A stretch of DNA of 64,000 bases from Bacteroidales bacterium. Lineage in GTDB: Bacteria; Bacteroidota; Bacteroidia; Bacteroidales; DTU049. The notes beneath the pieces are model-generated. The model had not been told where the DNA came from. It searched no databases and saw only the letters and a program-made list of their open reading frames with translations. The translations under genes were made by a program, and so were the position numbers. The stretch covers positions 3,115-67,114 of the forward strand of contig JAFGWG010000128.1 of NCBI GenBank assembly GCA_016937255.1, written 5' to 3'. Positions 38,071 to 47,300 of this stretch are shown here, in pieces. Numbering within the stretch: position 1 is the first letter of the stretch; every line of letters begins with the position of its first letter.

Positions 38071-38904
38071 ATGAGTGAAATTCTTGTTGGTATTGATTTT
38101 TCCAAAGGTTCATTAAATGCATTGAATTTTGCAGTGAAAATGGCTAATGATTTGGATGTGTCTGTAATGATGCTGTGGATTGATAAACCACATAGTTCGG
38201 ATAATGTTTTTAACGACTCGTCCAACTATCGGGAGGAAGTCCATAATCGATTTGCAGAACTGATTAAGGAATATTCTAGTCGAATTCCCATAGAGAAACT
38301 TCAATATAAAATACGGAGTGGTAAAGTCTATGATGAAATAGCCAGCTTTGCGAAAATCAACAATAGTTTGTGTATTGTTACGGGCACACATGGCATTAGC
38401 GGCTACGAGGAATTATGGATTGGGTCAAATGCAAATAGAATTGTATCAATGGCACCATGCCCTGTTATTACCATTCGACAGGATTATCATGTGCCTGAAA
38501 AGATTAATAATATTGTGCTTCCAGTAGATTCTACTCCTGAAACACTCGAAAAAGCAGAATTGGCAATAAAAATAGCCAAAGCCGCTAAGGCGAAAATAAT
38601 ATTGCTTCGTTTATACACCAGTAATGTTTCTGTTTTTAAACGTAAGGTGAATCAATACTCAGATATTATTGTTGAAGACATGGAAAAAGCTGGCGTGGAT
38701 TATGAGCTCGCAGAAAAATTAACCACCAATCTCACAGCCGATCTTTTAGGATTTAATGACAAGGTAGGTGCCGATTTGCTGATTATAATGACCGAGCAAG
38801 AAAGTTCTATGGCTAGTATTATGCTAGGACCGTATGCCCAGCAAATGGTAAACAATAGTCCAATACCTGTGTTAAGCGTGCATGTAGGCGACAAATGGGA
38901 ATAA
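38071..38904 (+). CDS. Universal stress protein (tandem Usp domains)
   Basis: ILVGIDFS, GTHGISG...IGSNA...CPVITI, LGPYAQQMVNNSPIPVL. Confidence 0.9.
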   Translation: MSEILVGIDFSKGSLNALNFAVKMANDLDVSVMMLWIDKPHSSDNVFNDSSNYREEVHNRFAELIKEYSSRIPIEKLQYKIRSGKVYDEIASFAKINNSLCIVTGTHGISGYEELWIGSNANRIVSMAPCPVITIRQDYHVPEKINNIVLPVDSTPETLEKAELAIKIAKAAKAKIILLRLYTSNVSVFKRKVNQYSDIIVEDMEKAGVDYELAEKLTTNLTADLLGFNDKVGADLLIIMTEQESSMASIMLGPYAQQMVNNSPIPVLSVHVGDKWE

Positions 38905-38911
38905 AGAGTTT

Positions 38912-40336
38912 ATGAGAACAAACGAGATGAAAATTCGTGCTGCTGCCTTGCTGGGGAAGCAGATTGCGAATATTGAAAAACTTCCTGAATCGGGTTCAAA
39001 TAGATTATATTGGCGTATCTACTGCAATGAGGAGAGTTATATTGCTACTTATAATGCAGATATAGAGGAAAATAGATCATTCCTTGCTCTGTCTCAACAC
39101 TTTGCGCAAAACAATTTATCTGTACCTGAAATACTCGCTGTAGATTTAGATGAAACACTTTATATTCAAAGCGATTTAGGGAGTGATTCACTTTATAATT
39201 TGATACTGGAAGCCAGAAATAAACCTGAGCTTCTCGGTCAATTGAAAAATCAGTTTAGGAAAGTTATTGATAATCTGCTCCGATTTCAGTTTGTGTCGGC
39301 TCCGGAAATTAAAATGTTCTTCTCACGTATTTCCTTCGATAAGACCAGTATGATGTGGGATTTGAATTATTTTAAGTACTATTTTCTAAAACTGGCTTAT
39401 ATCCCTTTTGATGAAGAAGCACTGGAAGCCGATTTTCAGGCATTTTCATCACACCTGGCTCAGGTGCCTTCGCATTATTTTATGTATCGTGATTTTCAAT
39501 CAAGAAATATTATTCTTAAAGATGGTCAGCCGTATTTTATAGATTATCAGGGAGGACGACGTGGAGCGCTTCAGTATGATCTTGCTTCATTGCTCTATGA
39601 TGCTAAAGCTGATCTCAGCGCTGAATTCAGATCGGAAATGCTCGATTATTATTGCGAGAAAATGGAAGAGCATAAGCTTGCATCATCTTCTTTATTTAGA
39701 AAGTACTTCAACGATTTTGTACTCATGCGCATCATGCAGGCATTTGGTGCATATGGTTACAGAGGGTATTATGAAAAGAAATCCCATTTTCTTCAATCGG
39801 TTCCCTTTGCTGCTATAAACCTTAAAATGCTGATAGATAGTCCGGAATACAAAATAAACTACCCTGAATTATCTAAAGTCTGGAGTGCCATAGCCGATAA
39901 ATTTGCGACTCCTGATCAAAAAGAAAAAGAATCGGATAAATTGATAATTAATATCAGTAGCATTTCCCTTAAGAAACACTATCCTGAAATTAATGCTGAG
40001 CATGGAGGTGGATTTGTTTTCGATTGTCGCTCATTGCCCAATCCGGGGAGAGATGAAACTTTGGCAAAACTAACCGGTCTTGATAAGGAAGTGAAAGATA
40101 TGCTCGCCGAAGATAAATCTGTTGAGCGCTTCATGCGTCACTGTGTAGATATGGCTAGAGATGCTATTGAAAATTATTTGGATCGTGAATTCCGATATAT
40201 TTCCTTTAGCTTCGGCTGCACTGGTGGCCGGCATCGTTCAGTTTTCTGCGCAGAAACATTCCGTCAGGAAATGCAATATATTTATGGTGATGATGTGAAT
40301 ATTCAAATACGGCATTGTGAAATTGATCAGGAATAA
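38912..40336 (+). CDS. AmgK/APH-like phosphotransferase fused to a RapZ C-terminal domain
   Basis: GSNRLYWR, YRDFQSRNI, IDYQG, YDLASLL kinase motifs; GGGFVFDCR and FGCTGGRHRSV in the C-terminal domain. Confidence 0.88.
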   Translation: MRTNEMKIRAAALLGKQIANIEKLPESGSNRLYWRIYCNEESYIATYNADIEENRSFLALSQHFAQNNLSVPEILAVDLDETLYIQSDLGSDSLYNLILEARNKPELLGQLKNQFRKVIDNLLRFQFVSAPEIKMFFSRISFDKTSMMWDLNYFKYYFLKLAYIPFDEEALEADFQAFSSHLAQVPSHYFMYRDFQSRNIILKDGQPYFIDYQGGRRGALQYDLASLLYDAKADLSAEFRSEMLDYYCEKMEEHKLASSSLFRKYFNDFVLMRIMQAFGAYGYRGYYEKKSHFLQSVPFAAINLKMLIDSPEYKINYPELSKVWSAIADKFATPDQKEKESDKLIINISSISLKKHYPEINAEHGGGFVFDCRSLPNPGRDETLAKLTGLDKEVKDMLAEDKSVERFMRHCVDMARDAIENYLDREFRYISFSFGCTGGRHRSVFCAETFRQEMQYIYGDDVNIQIRHCEIDQE

Positions 40337-40350
40337 TAAGCAATAAATTC

Positions 40351-40379
40351 CGCAAGAAATCCTTTTTATTATTGTCTAA
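40351..40379 (+). promoter_or_regulatory. Putative ECF sigma promoter, copy 1 (CGCAAG-N14-ATTGTCTAA)
   Basis: Same bipartite motif and spacing as the copy at 40971; directly upstream of the sigma gene. Confidence 0.7.
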
Positions 40380-40396
40380 GGTTCAAAGTACTTTTT

Positions 40397-40969
40397 TTGA
40401 TAGATATTAAAGCCATACAAAACGGAGATAGGCATGCGTTTGAATTTCTAGTGAAAGAAACGCATGATATGGTGTACCGATTATTGTATCGTTTTGTGCA
40501 AAACAATAATGATGCAGAAGATCTGACACAGGAAGTCTATCTCGAAGTTTTCAATTCTATTCATAAATTTAAGGGCAAATCTGATCTAAAAACCTGGCTC
40601 TATCGTGTGGGGGTTAATAAAGCATTGAATTTTCTCAAAAAAGAAAAGAAACATAAACACACTCTTACTATTGACCTTGAATTGGAGAATGAAGAAGTTC
40701 CTCAACTTCAAGTAGAAGCCGATCGAAGCAGTGAAGCTGGTTTTAATCTTGAGAACCATGAGCTGTCTCGAATCCTGAATATTGCTATGAATAAATTGCC
40801 GGAACGACAAAAAGCAGCTTTTATATTACATAACCATGAAGGACATTCGTATCAGGAAATTGCTGGAATATTGGAAACTTCTTTGTCTTCTGTTGAATCT
40901 CTCATATTTAGGGCCAGAGACACTTTGAAGAAGGATTTGTCAGAGTTCTATAAAAATAATTATAGCTAA
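40397..40969 (+). CDS. ECF RNA polymerase sigma factor
   Basis: DAEDLTQEVY, FKGKSDLKTWLYR, LPERQK...SYQEIA...SVESLIFRAR; TTG start. Confidence 0.93.
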   Translation: MIDIKAIQNGDRHAFEFLVKETHDMVYRLLYRFVQNNNDAEDLTQEVYLEVFNSIHKFKGKSDLKTWLYRVGVNKALNFLKKEKKHKHTLTIDLELENEEVPQLQVEADRSSEAGFNLENHELSRILNIAMNKLPERQKAAFILHNHEGHSYQEIAGILETSLSSVESLIFRARDTLKKDLSEFYKNNYS

Positions 40970-40970
40970 G

Positions 40971-40999
40971 CGCAAGTTTTTTGAAATGATATTGTCAAA
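40971..40999 (+). promoter_or_regulatory. Putative ECF sigma promoter, copy 2 (CGCAAG-N14-ATTGTCAAA)
   Basis: Repeat of the 40351 motif, located between the sigma and anti-sigma genes. Confidence 0.7.
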
Positions 41000-41016
41000 T
41001 AAAAAGTACAGCGAAA

Positions 41017-41457
41017 ATGAATTGTAAAGAAGTAAAATATAGAATTGAAAACTTGCAGAGCAGTGAAGAGCTTAGCACCGATATGAAAGATCATGTCGAA
41101 ACTTGTTCTTCTTGTCGTATGTATTTCAATTTATTAAGTTCAATTGATCATGCAAGTGAAATTTGGCCAGATATTCATGCTGATGAAGAATTGCCCGATA
41201 AAATTATCGCTTATGTCGCGGCAAAAAGCAATTGGGGCAAACACAGGTCGCTTTGGCCTGCAATCTCTGGTATCGCAGCATCTTTAATACTCGGTTTTAT
41301 AATCGGCTATGCTTTGTTTAACTTTTCTGCTACCAATACTCAGGATGAGTATCTTGTTAGCGGGAACGAAAGCACCGAGCAGACTTATATGACTCAAACT
41401 ACTGACTTACTTTACTACGATGCATTTATGTCGGAGGAAACAAATTATGAAAAATAA
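41017..41457 (+). CDS. Zinc-binding (ZAS) transmembrane anti-sigma factor
   Basis: MNC...HVETCSSC (HxxxCxxC), single TM helix, follows the ECF sigma. Confidence 0.82.
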   Translation: MNCKEVKYRIENLQSSEELSTDMKDHVETCSSCRMYFNLLSSIDHASEIWPDIHADEELPDKIIAYVAAKSNWGKHRSLWPAISGIAASLILGFIIGYALFNFSATNTQDEYLVSGNESTEQTYMTQTTDLLYYDAFMSEETNYEK

Positions 41458-41968
41458 ATCAATTTTACTTTGGATTTTTATCATTATTAGCGTGATTTCA
41501 ACATCCGCTTTGGTTACTTTGGTTTTGGTAAAGACAAATTTTTCGCACGATCATAGACCTTTTCATCATGAAATGAACAATCAGGATTCATGTCATCAGA
41601 AAGATGCTTTAATTAGTAGTTTGAATCTGGATGAGGAGCAATTGAAACTTTTCAATGAGGAAAAAACAAACCATATTGTTTTGGTTGGCCCTATTTTTGA
41701 TTCAATTATGCAAATCAGATCTCTAATGATTGATGAATTGAAACTAGAGAATCCAGATACGGTAAAAATCCAATCTTATGTGGAAGGGATTTCGGTACTT
41801 GAAAAGGAATTGCAAATGGAAAGTGTTCATCATATGCTGAATATGAAGAAATTTCTAAACCCTGTACAAATAGATTCGCTTTTTTCATTTTTTGGCCGCC
41901 GCATGATGCCTGGTCATCCTAATCATCACAGAAAAAGTGAGGGGAATCATCAAAGACACTGCAAATAA
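41447..41968 (+). CDS. Membrane-anchored Spy/CpxP-like (periplasmic heavy-metal sensor family) protein
   Basis: N-terminal TM, LNLDEEQ and LNPVQ (LTxxQ-like) motifs, His clusters. Confidence 0.78.
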   Translation: MKNKSILLWIFIIISVISTSALVTLVLVKTNFSHDHRPFHHEMNNQDSCHQKDALISSLNLDEEQLKLFNEEKTNHIVLVGPIFDSIMQIRSLMIDELKLENPDTVKIQSYVEGISVLEKELQMESVHHMLNMKKFLNPVQIDSLFSFFGRRMMPGHPNHHRKSEGNHQRHCK

Positions 41969-41994
41969 CAACTAAATAATAAGGAGAAAACACT

Positions 41995-42561
41995 ATGTTA
42001 AAGAAAACTTTGTTTTTAGGACTCGCACTCGTTGGTGCAATTTGGGTAAGTAATGTATCAGCCCAGTGTAATCATGGAAACATGAATCATAAAAATGGTC
42101 AGCACTCAATGCATGCCATTCCGGATTTAACAGAAAAACAGGCCGAAGATATTGATGCTCTTCGTGTGCCTCATCAAAAGGTTATGATGGATTTGCATAA
42201 TCAGATGGCTGAGAAACAGGCTAAAATAACTACACTTACCACTGGAGATAATGTTGATGTTGCAGCTGCAAAGATTGTGATGAAAGAGATTTCAGCCCTC
42301 AAACTGCAAATGGCAGAAGCTCGTTTAGATCACAGAATGGCAATTCGCAAAATGCTTAATGATGAGCAAAGATTGTGGTTTGATATGCATCACTCCGGAG
42401 ATGACCATCATATGGGACATGGTTCTCATGGACCCGGTATGGGAAAAGGAATGCATTCAGGGCATGGAAATGCCTCTGGCTCAGGAATGCATGATGGTTC
42501 TGGTCCTCACGGAACAAATCATCAGAACGCCAATCCTGATTGTCCTCACAAAACCGAATAA
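41995..42561 (+). CDS. His-rich Spy/CpxP/ZraP family periplasmic protein
   Basis: Signal peptide, LTEKQ and LNDEQR motifs, His/Gly/Met-rich termini. Confidence 0.82.
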   Translation: MLKKTLFLGLALVGAIWVSNVSAQCNHGNMNHKNGQHSMHAIPDLTEKQAEDIDALRVPHQKVMMDLHNQMAEKQAKITTLTTGDNVDVAAAKIVMKEISALKLQMAEARLDHRMAIRKMLNDEQRLWFDMHHSGDDHHMGHGSHGPGMGKGMHSGHGNASGSGMHDGSGPHGTNHQNANPDCPHKTE

Positions 42562-42590
42562 CTCTCAGTTTAATTATAAATAGGTTTATG

Positions 42591-42628
42591 TAAAAGGGTC
42601 ACTCTGTTTTAGGGTGGCCTTTTATTTT
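42591..42628 (+). terminator. Intrinsic terminator, probably bidirectional
   Basis: TAAAAGGGTCACTCT-GTTTT-AGGGTGGCCTTTTA between convergent genes. Confidence 0.85.
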
Positions 42629-42644
42629 ATGAAAGAAAAGAAAA

Positions 42645-43124
42645 TTATTTAATCAGTAGAATACTCGCTAAAACCGCAATGGCTTTTCCTTCACCAGTTG
42701 CATCAACACGCTCATTTGTAGTGGCTTTTACAGAAATACGGTCAACACCAATTCCTATTACACCATCAAGCGATTCCTTTATGGCATCCATATAGGGTGA
42801 AATATGTGGCTTCTCAAGAATGACAGTAGTGTCAATATTGTTGATTGAATAACCGTGCTGTTTTATAAGGGTCACCGTTTTTTCTAACAATATCATGCTA
42901 TTGATACCTTTGAATTCAGGGTCAGTATCGGGAAAATGCTGGCCTATATCACCAAGGCTGAGCGCTCCAAGCATAGCATCGCAAATGGCGTGGATAAGTG
43001 CATCTCCATCGCTGTATCCAAGTGGCCCGAAATCGGAAGGAATGTGAATACCACCCAAAACAAAAGGCCTGCCTGCCTCAAGTCTGTGCAGGTCATAGCC
43101 TAAACCTGTACGAATGTCTGTCAT
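42645..43124 (-). CDS. ispF: 2-C-methyl-D-erythritol 2,4-cyclodiphosphate synthase
   Basis: GLGYDLH, SDGDALIHAICDA, GDIGQHFP, SVKATTNE. Confidence 0.95.
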   Translation of the reverse strand: MTDIRTGLGYDLHRLEAGRPFVLGGIHIPSDFGPLGYSDGDALIHAICDAMLGALSLGDIGQHFPDTDPEFKGINSMILLEKTVTLIKQHGYSINNIDTTVILEKPHISPYMDAIKESLDGVIGIGVDRISVKATTNERVDATGEGKAIAVLASILLIK

Positions 43125-44341
43125 TATTCAGCTGATTTTACCTGATCGAAATTGAATACCAAAGTGAAACGTAATGTGTTTTCAAGTGGATTTCTTTGTT
43201 CGAGAGGAACAAGGTATGAGAAATCGAGACCAAAAACATTATATCTCAATCCTGCACCTACAGTGATATATTTTCGATTTCCTTTGGTTGGATGCTCATA
43301 GAAAAATCCACCTCTTATGGCAAATTGCTTGTCGTACCAATATTCCGCACCAACACTATAATTTATCTCGTGAAATTCTTCTTTAAATCCACCTGGAGCA
43401 TCTGAAAATGAGCCAAACATACCTGAAACTACCGAGCGATTCGGATCTTTGCCTTCATCAATAACATATTCACCTGTTACATCATCTTTTACAGGTTGTC
43501 CTGCTGAATCACGAAGGTAAACAGGAGGTGTAGGTACTAAAAGTTTATTCAAATCAAAGGTGAACATTAATTGGTTATATTCATCAATATCAAGTGTAAG
43601 AGACGGTCCTACTCTAAAATTAATTGGGATATATGAGCGCTGCTGAATCTCTGTATATGTGATTCTTGCACCAATATTACTAACATTTGCGCCAAAAGCA
43701 AACATACCATCCATATCACCCATTTCAACTTCTTTTTGATAATAGAATGACACATCTGCAGCAACAGTTTGACCCGGCTTTGATTGGGCTCCGCTAACAA
43801 ATATTCCTCCGGTTAAGTTGGAATAGATATATCGAAGGGCAACAGATCCGCCAATATTATCTGAGAATTTTCTTGAATAGGCTACATCAAAGGCAAATTC
43901 ACTAGGTGAAAACTGCCCTATTTCAGTGCCAATATTATCGGTAAAAATAATTTCACCCAACGAAAAATATCGAAGTGAAGCCGCAAGAACTTGGTCATCC
44001 TTTAATTTATAATATCCAGTAAGGTATGCAAGACTGATATCATTAACCAGCGCTTTTAACCAAGGACTATAAGAAACAGAAAAGCCCATGCTTTGTTCAA
44101 TAAATGCATATTTTGCTGGATTCCAATGCATGGAATATACATCTGGTGTTGTTGCTGCACCGGCATCCCCAAGCGCTCCACCACGTGCATCTGGTGCAAT
44201 CATGAGGAAGGGTACGGATGTGGTTATTGTGTTTATGGTACCATCTTGACCAAGTAAATCGTTGTAGGAGGTTTGTGCTTGTGCATTTTGCATAAACATT
44301 GCACACACTAAAACTAAAGCACCAAATTTCAAATTTCTCAT
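43124..44341 (-). CDS. porV: T9SS outer-membrane shuttle PorV
   Basis: ITTSVPFLMIAPDARGGALGD, WNPAKYAF, NPLENTLRFTL; porU-porV-ispF synteny; -7 element TACATTTG at 44359..44366. Confidence 0.95.
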   Translation of the reverse strand: MRNLKFGALVLVCAMFMQNAQAQTSYNDLLGQDGTINTITTSVPFLMIAPDARGGALGDAGAATTPDVYSMHWNPAKYAFIEQSMGFSVSYSPWLKALVNDISLAYLTGYYKLKDDQVLAASLRYFSLGEIIFTDNIGTEIGQFSPSEFAFDVAYSRKFSDNIGGSVALRYIYSNLTGGIFVSGAQSKPGQTVAADVSFYYQKEVEMGDMDGMFAFGANVSNIGARITYTEIQQRSYIPINFRVGPSLTLDIDEYNQLMFTFDLNKLLVPTPPVYLRDSAGQPVKDDVTGEYVIDEGKDPNRSVVSGMFGSFSDAPGGFKEEFHEINYSVGAEYWYDKQFAIRGGFFYEHPTKGNRKYITVGAGLRYNVFGLDFSYLVPLEQRNPLENTLRFTLVFNFDQVKSAE

Positions 44342-44376
44342 TATCCTTAATTATTTTGCAAATGTACGAAATCAAT

Positions 44377-47300
44377 TTATTTTAGAATCACCAGCTTTTC
44401 AGATTTTTCGGCATATCCACCTTCTTCACTTTTAATGCGAATACGATAAATATACACTCCTTTAGCCAGCGGTGATCCGTAGTCATCAGTTCCGTCCCAA
44501 GATATGGGTTCGGCTCTGAAGCCATTGGTTTGAACCTGTTGGTTAATTGTTTTCACCAATCGGCCAGTTATAGTAAAAATCTGAACCTGCACGTCAAGAA
44601 CGCAGCAGGGATGATTGTGTTCAAACCAAAATTCAGTATATGTTGTGAATGGATTCGGGTAATTCAGCACGTGGCTTAAGGCTAATGATGCTGAAGATGA
44701 TACCACGAACTCAATACTGCTTTCAGAAGAATTATTCATAATATCCCAGGCCTTTAATTGAAGGGTATGGGTTCCTTCACTAATACCTTTAAGAGGATAC
44801 ATTAACTGACCACTTTGATAACTGTTGATATCGGCCTCGTAATAGTCATTAAGAACTATTGCGTCAGCAGTATTATTGTCAATAGTTGCTATTAGATCAT
44901 GACCAATTCCAGTACCCACTGTATTTATGCCGTTTTCATCTTTGAGATAGGCCAAAAAAATCGGATTTTCATCGGTGAGCCCACCACTGATAAACTGATC
45001 ATTATTCATGTAGAGTTCGATTTCAGGGCCATCTAAATCAACGATCAAAGAATCTGAGCTGCCACCAATAATAAACTCTTCAAACCATCCCGTAGCATCA
45101 GTGCTGCCATTCTCGGCATAATAAGAAATACGCCCAGCACCATAATTATATTGAATATCTTTTGGTACAATGAAAGTGAAAGAGAAGTCTCCATTTACAA
45201 TGCTTGCCTTACCCCGGTAAATTATATTTTTCTGTAGTGTGAAATTAGTTTCATAACTTTCGGGATTGCTGGCTAGAGTCGTTAGTGTAGTGGCTTTATC
45301 AAAAACTGTAGGGTAGAGGGTGCCATTATAATCGCTGATTTTTGTTCCAAGAGGGTCAGCAATATAGCCGGTAACTGTTATTTTAGATAAGGCTCCGACT
45401 GTATCAGTATATCCCGCTACATTTATGCCATTGATGGTGGATGTGATAATTTGGTTTTTCGGGATACTCATGGTTAATGCAGGATCTCCTAAAAGACTGA
45501 AGTTTCTGAGGTATACAATACTTCCGTTATCATACTTAGAGTATGCTGTTAGTTCTCCAAGAGTCATATATGCTCCTGAACTATTATCAAATGCCTTTTC
45601 ATAAAATGATGTATTTAGGGCTTCATTGTAAGTAGAGAAAGCAAGTCGTGTAGTGGTGAGTAAAGCAATACCACCTCCGTTTGGATTTATGAGGACATAT
45701 TCTCCAGCTGACGTTCTTCCCGGGTCGTCGAAGCGAGAGAACTCGCATGTAGCAGTAAGAAATACGGGCAAATTACATGAGTTGGTCCAGTTTTGAATGG
45801 AAGAGAGCTCAAGAATTCTCTCATGTGCCCAACCAACTTCCCCGCCATGCCCAGTATAATTGATAATAAGTGCTCCTTTTTCTACTCTCTGGTCAATAGC
45901 ATCGTTTACCTCAGGTGCTCTTTCTCCTCCGGTTGTACTTATTTGATTAAAAGCATCGAGGTATATTTTATCTACATTGAGAAAATTGTAGGTGGTATCT
46001 ACTTTTTTTGCAAGGCGATCGGCCTGAGTAAGATGCAAGTTCCCATCTTCATCATCGCATACAAAACAAATATTATTTCGCCAATCGGCCATATTGGAGA
46101 TTGTGCATTCGCCAGAACTGCACCCAAAAGTGCCGTCTGCAAGCTTTGTGTCTGAAGTATATTTTTGCAATTTTACAACCATGGCATCCGCTTCCTCAAT
46201 ACTATTGATTGGAAGACGACCAATGGCAATATCAAGATTTCCGCTACAGTCGTTTCCTTCATTGTTGTCGAGTAAACCAAAGAAATCGTCAGAAGCATAC
46301 GAATTGGTAGGTGATAATGAATTTCTTGATTCAAATGTGGAAACCAGATTATTGTTGTTTGTAATTCTGTTTTTATAGTCATAAGAAGCATCACCGAGTA
46401 ATAGTAGAAATCGAGGCAGTTCACTGGCGCTACCAGCTCTGTCGTAAAACATTTTTAGAAAGTCGCGAATGGCTGCTGGGTCTTGTTTGCCAGATGAATA
46501 CTCGTTGTAAATTTCCTGTGGAGTTACCACGAGATAGCTGTATCCTTCAAGGTTGGCATGTATCTGACCTATGCTATTGGCTTGGCTCTTAAAAGAACTA
46601 TGACTTACAATAATATAATCGGTTTGGGGCGAAGCATGTAAGTTTTGGTTACTTACCAATCCCTCGTAATCTACATTATAATACAACAAGCCGTTGAAGG
46701 ACATAAACTCTTTCAAACTGTCATTATTAAGTCTGAAATTCAGATCTGTTCCACTAAGGCTGCCCACAACATTTCTGGGGTGTAGAGGATCGCTAACATC
46801 CCAAACAGTAACATTGGCTGCATTGGAAAGCGTGTATTCAACAATATTACCACTTCCACTTATTTTGTGATTTCTAAATGCCATTTGATTTCCGGCAAAG
46901 CTTAATGCTCTCCAAGCTTTAACTTCAATATAATCGAGCCAGCCAATTGCTTCAGTATTTCCACCAGTATTATAAGTGAGATTTACAGATATAAGCGAGC
47001 TGGAATTATTAATATAAATACTGCCAGTACTGTATTTTGCATAATCATTAACATAGCCAGATGTTGCTGGGATACTTATATTGTTGCTAGCTGTACCTGA
47101 TGAAAGAGAAAATAGTGTAGCCGTAGATGCGCGTCCTGCTACAGCAGCAGTAACAAAAACCGAGGAATCAGGAATCAAATTGGCAAGTGAAAAAGAGAAA
47201 TTCTGACTGCTACTGACAGATTCAAACGTCTCTCCAAGCCAGATTTTACCAGATTTCAATAAATTATATTGATCTACTTCGTGCATGCGAAAATCATAGA

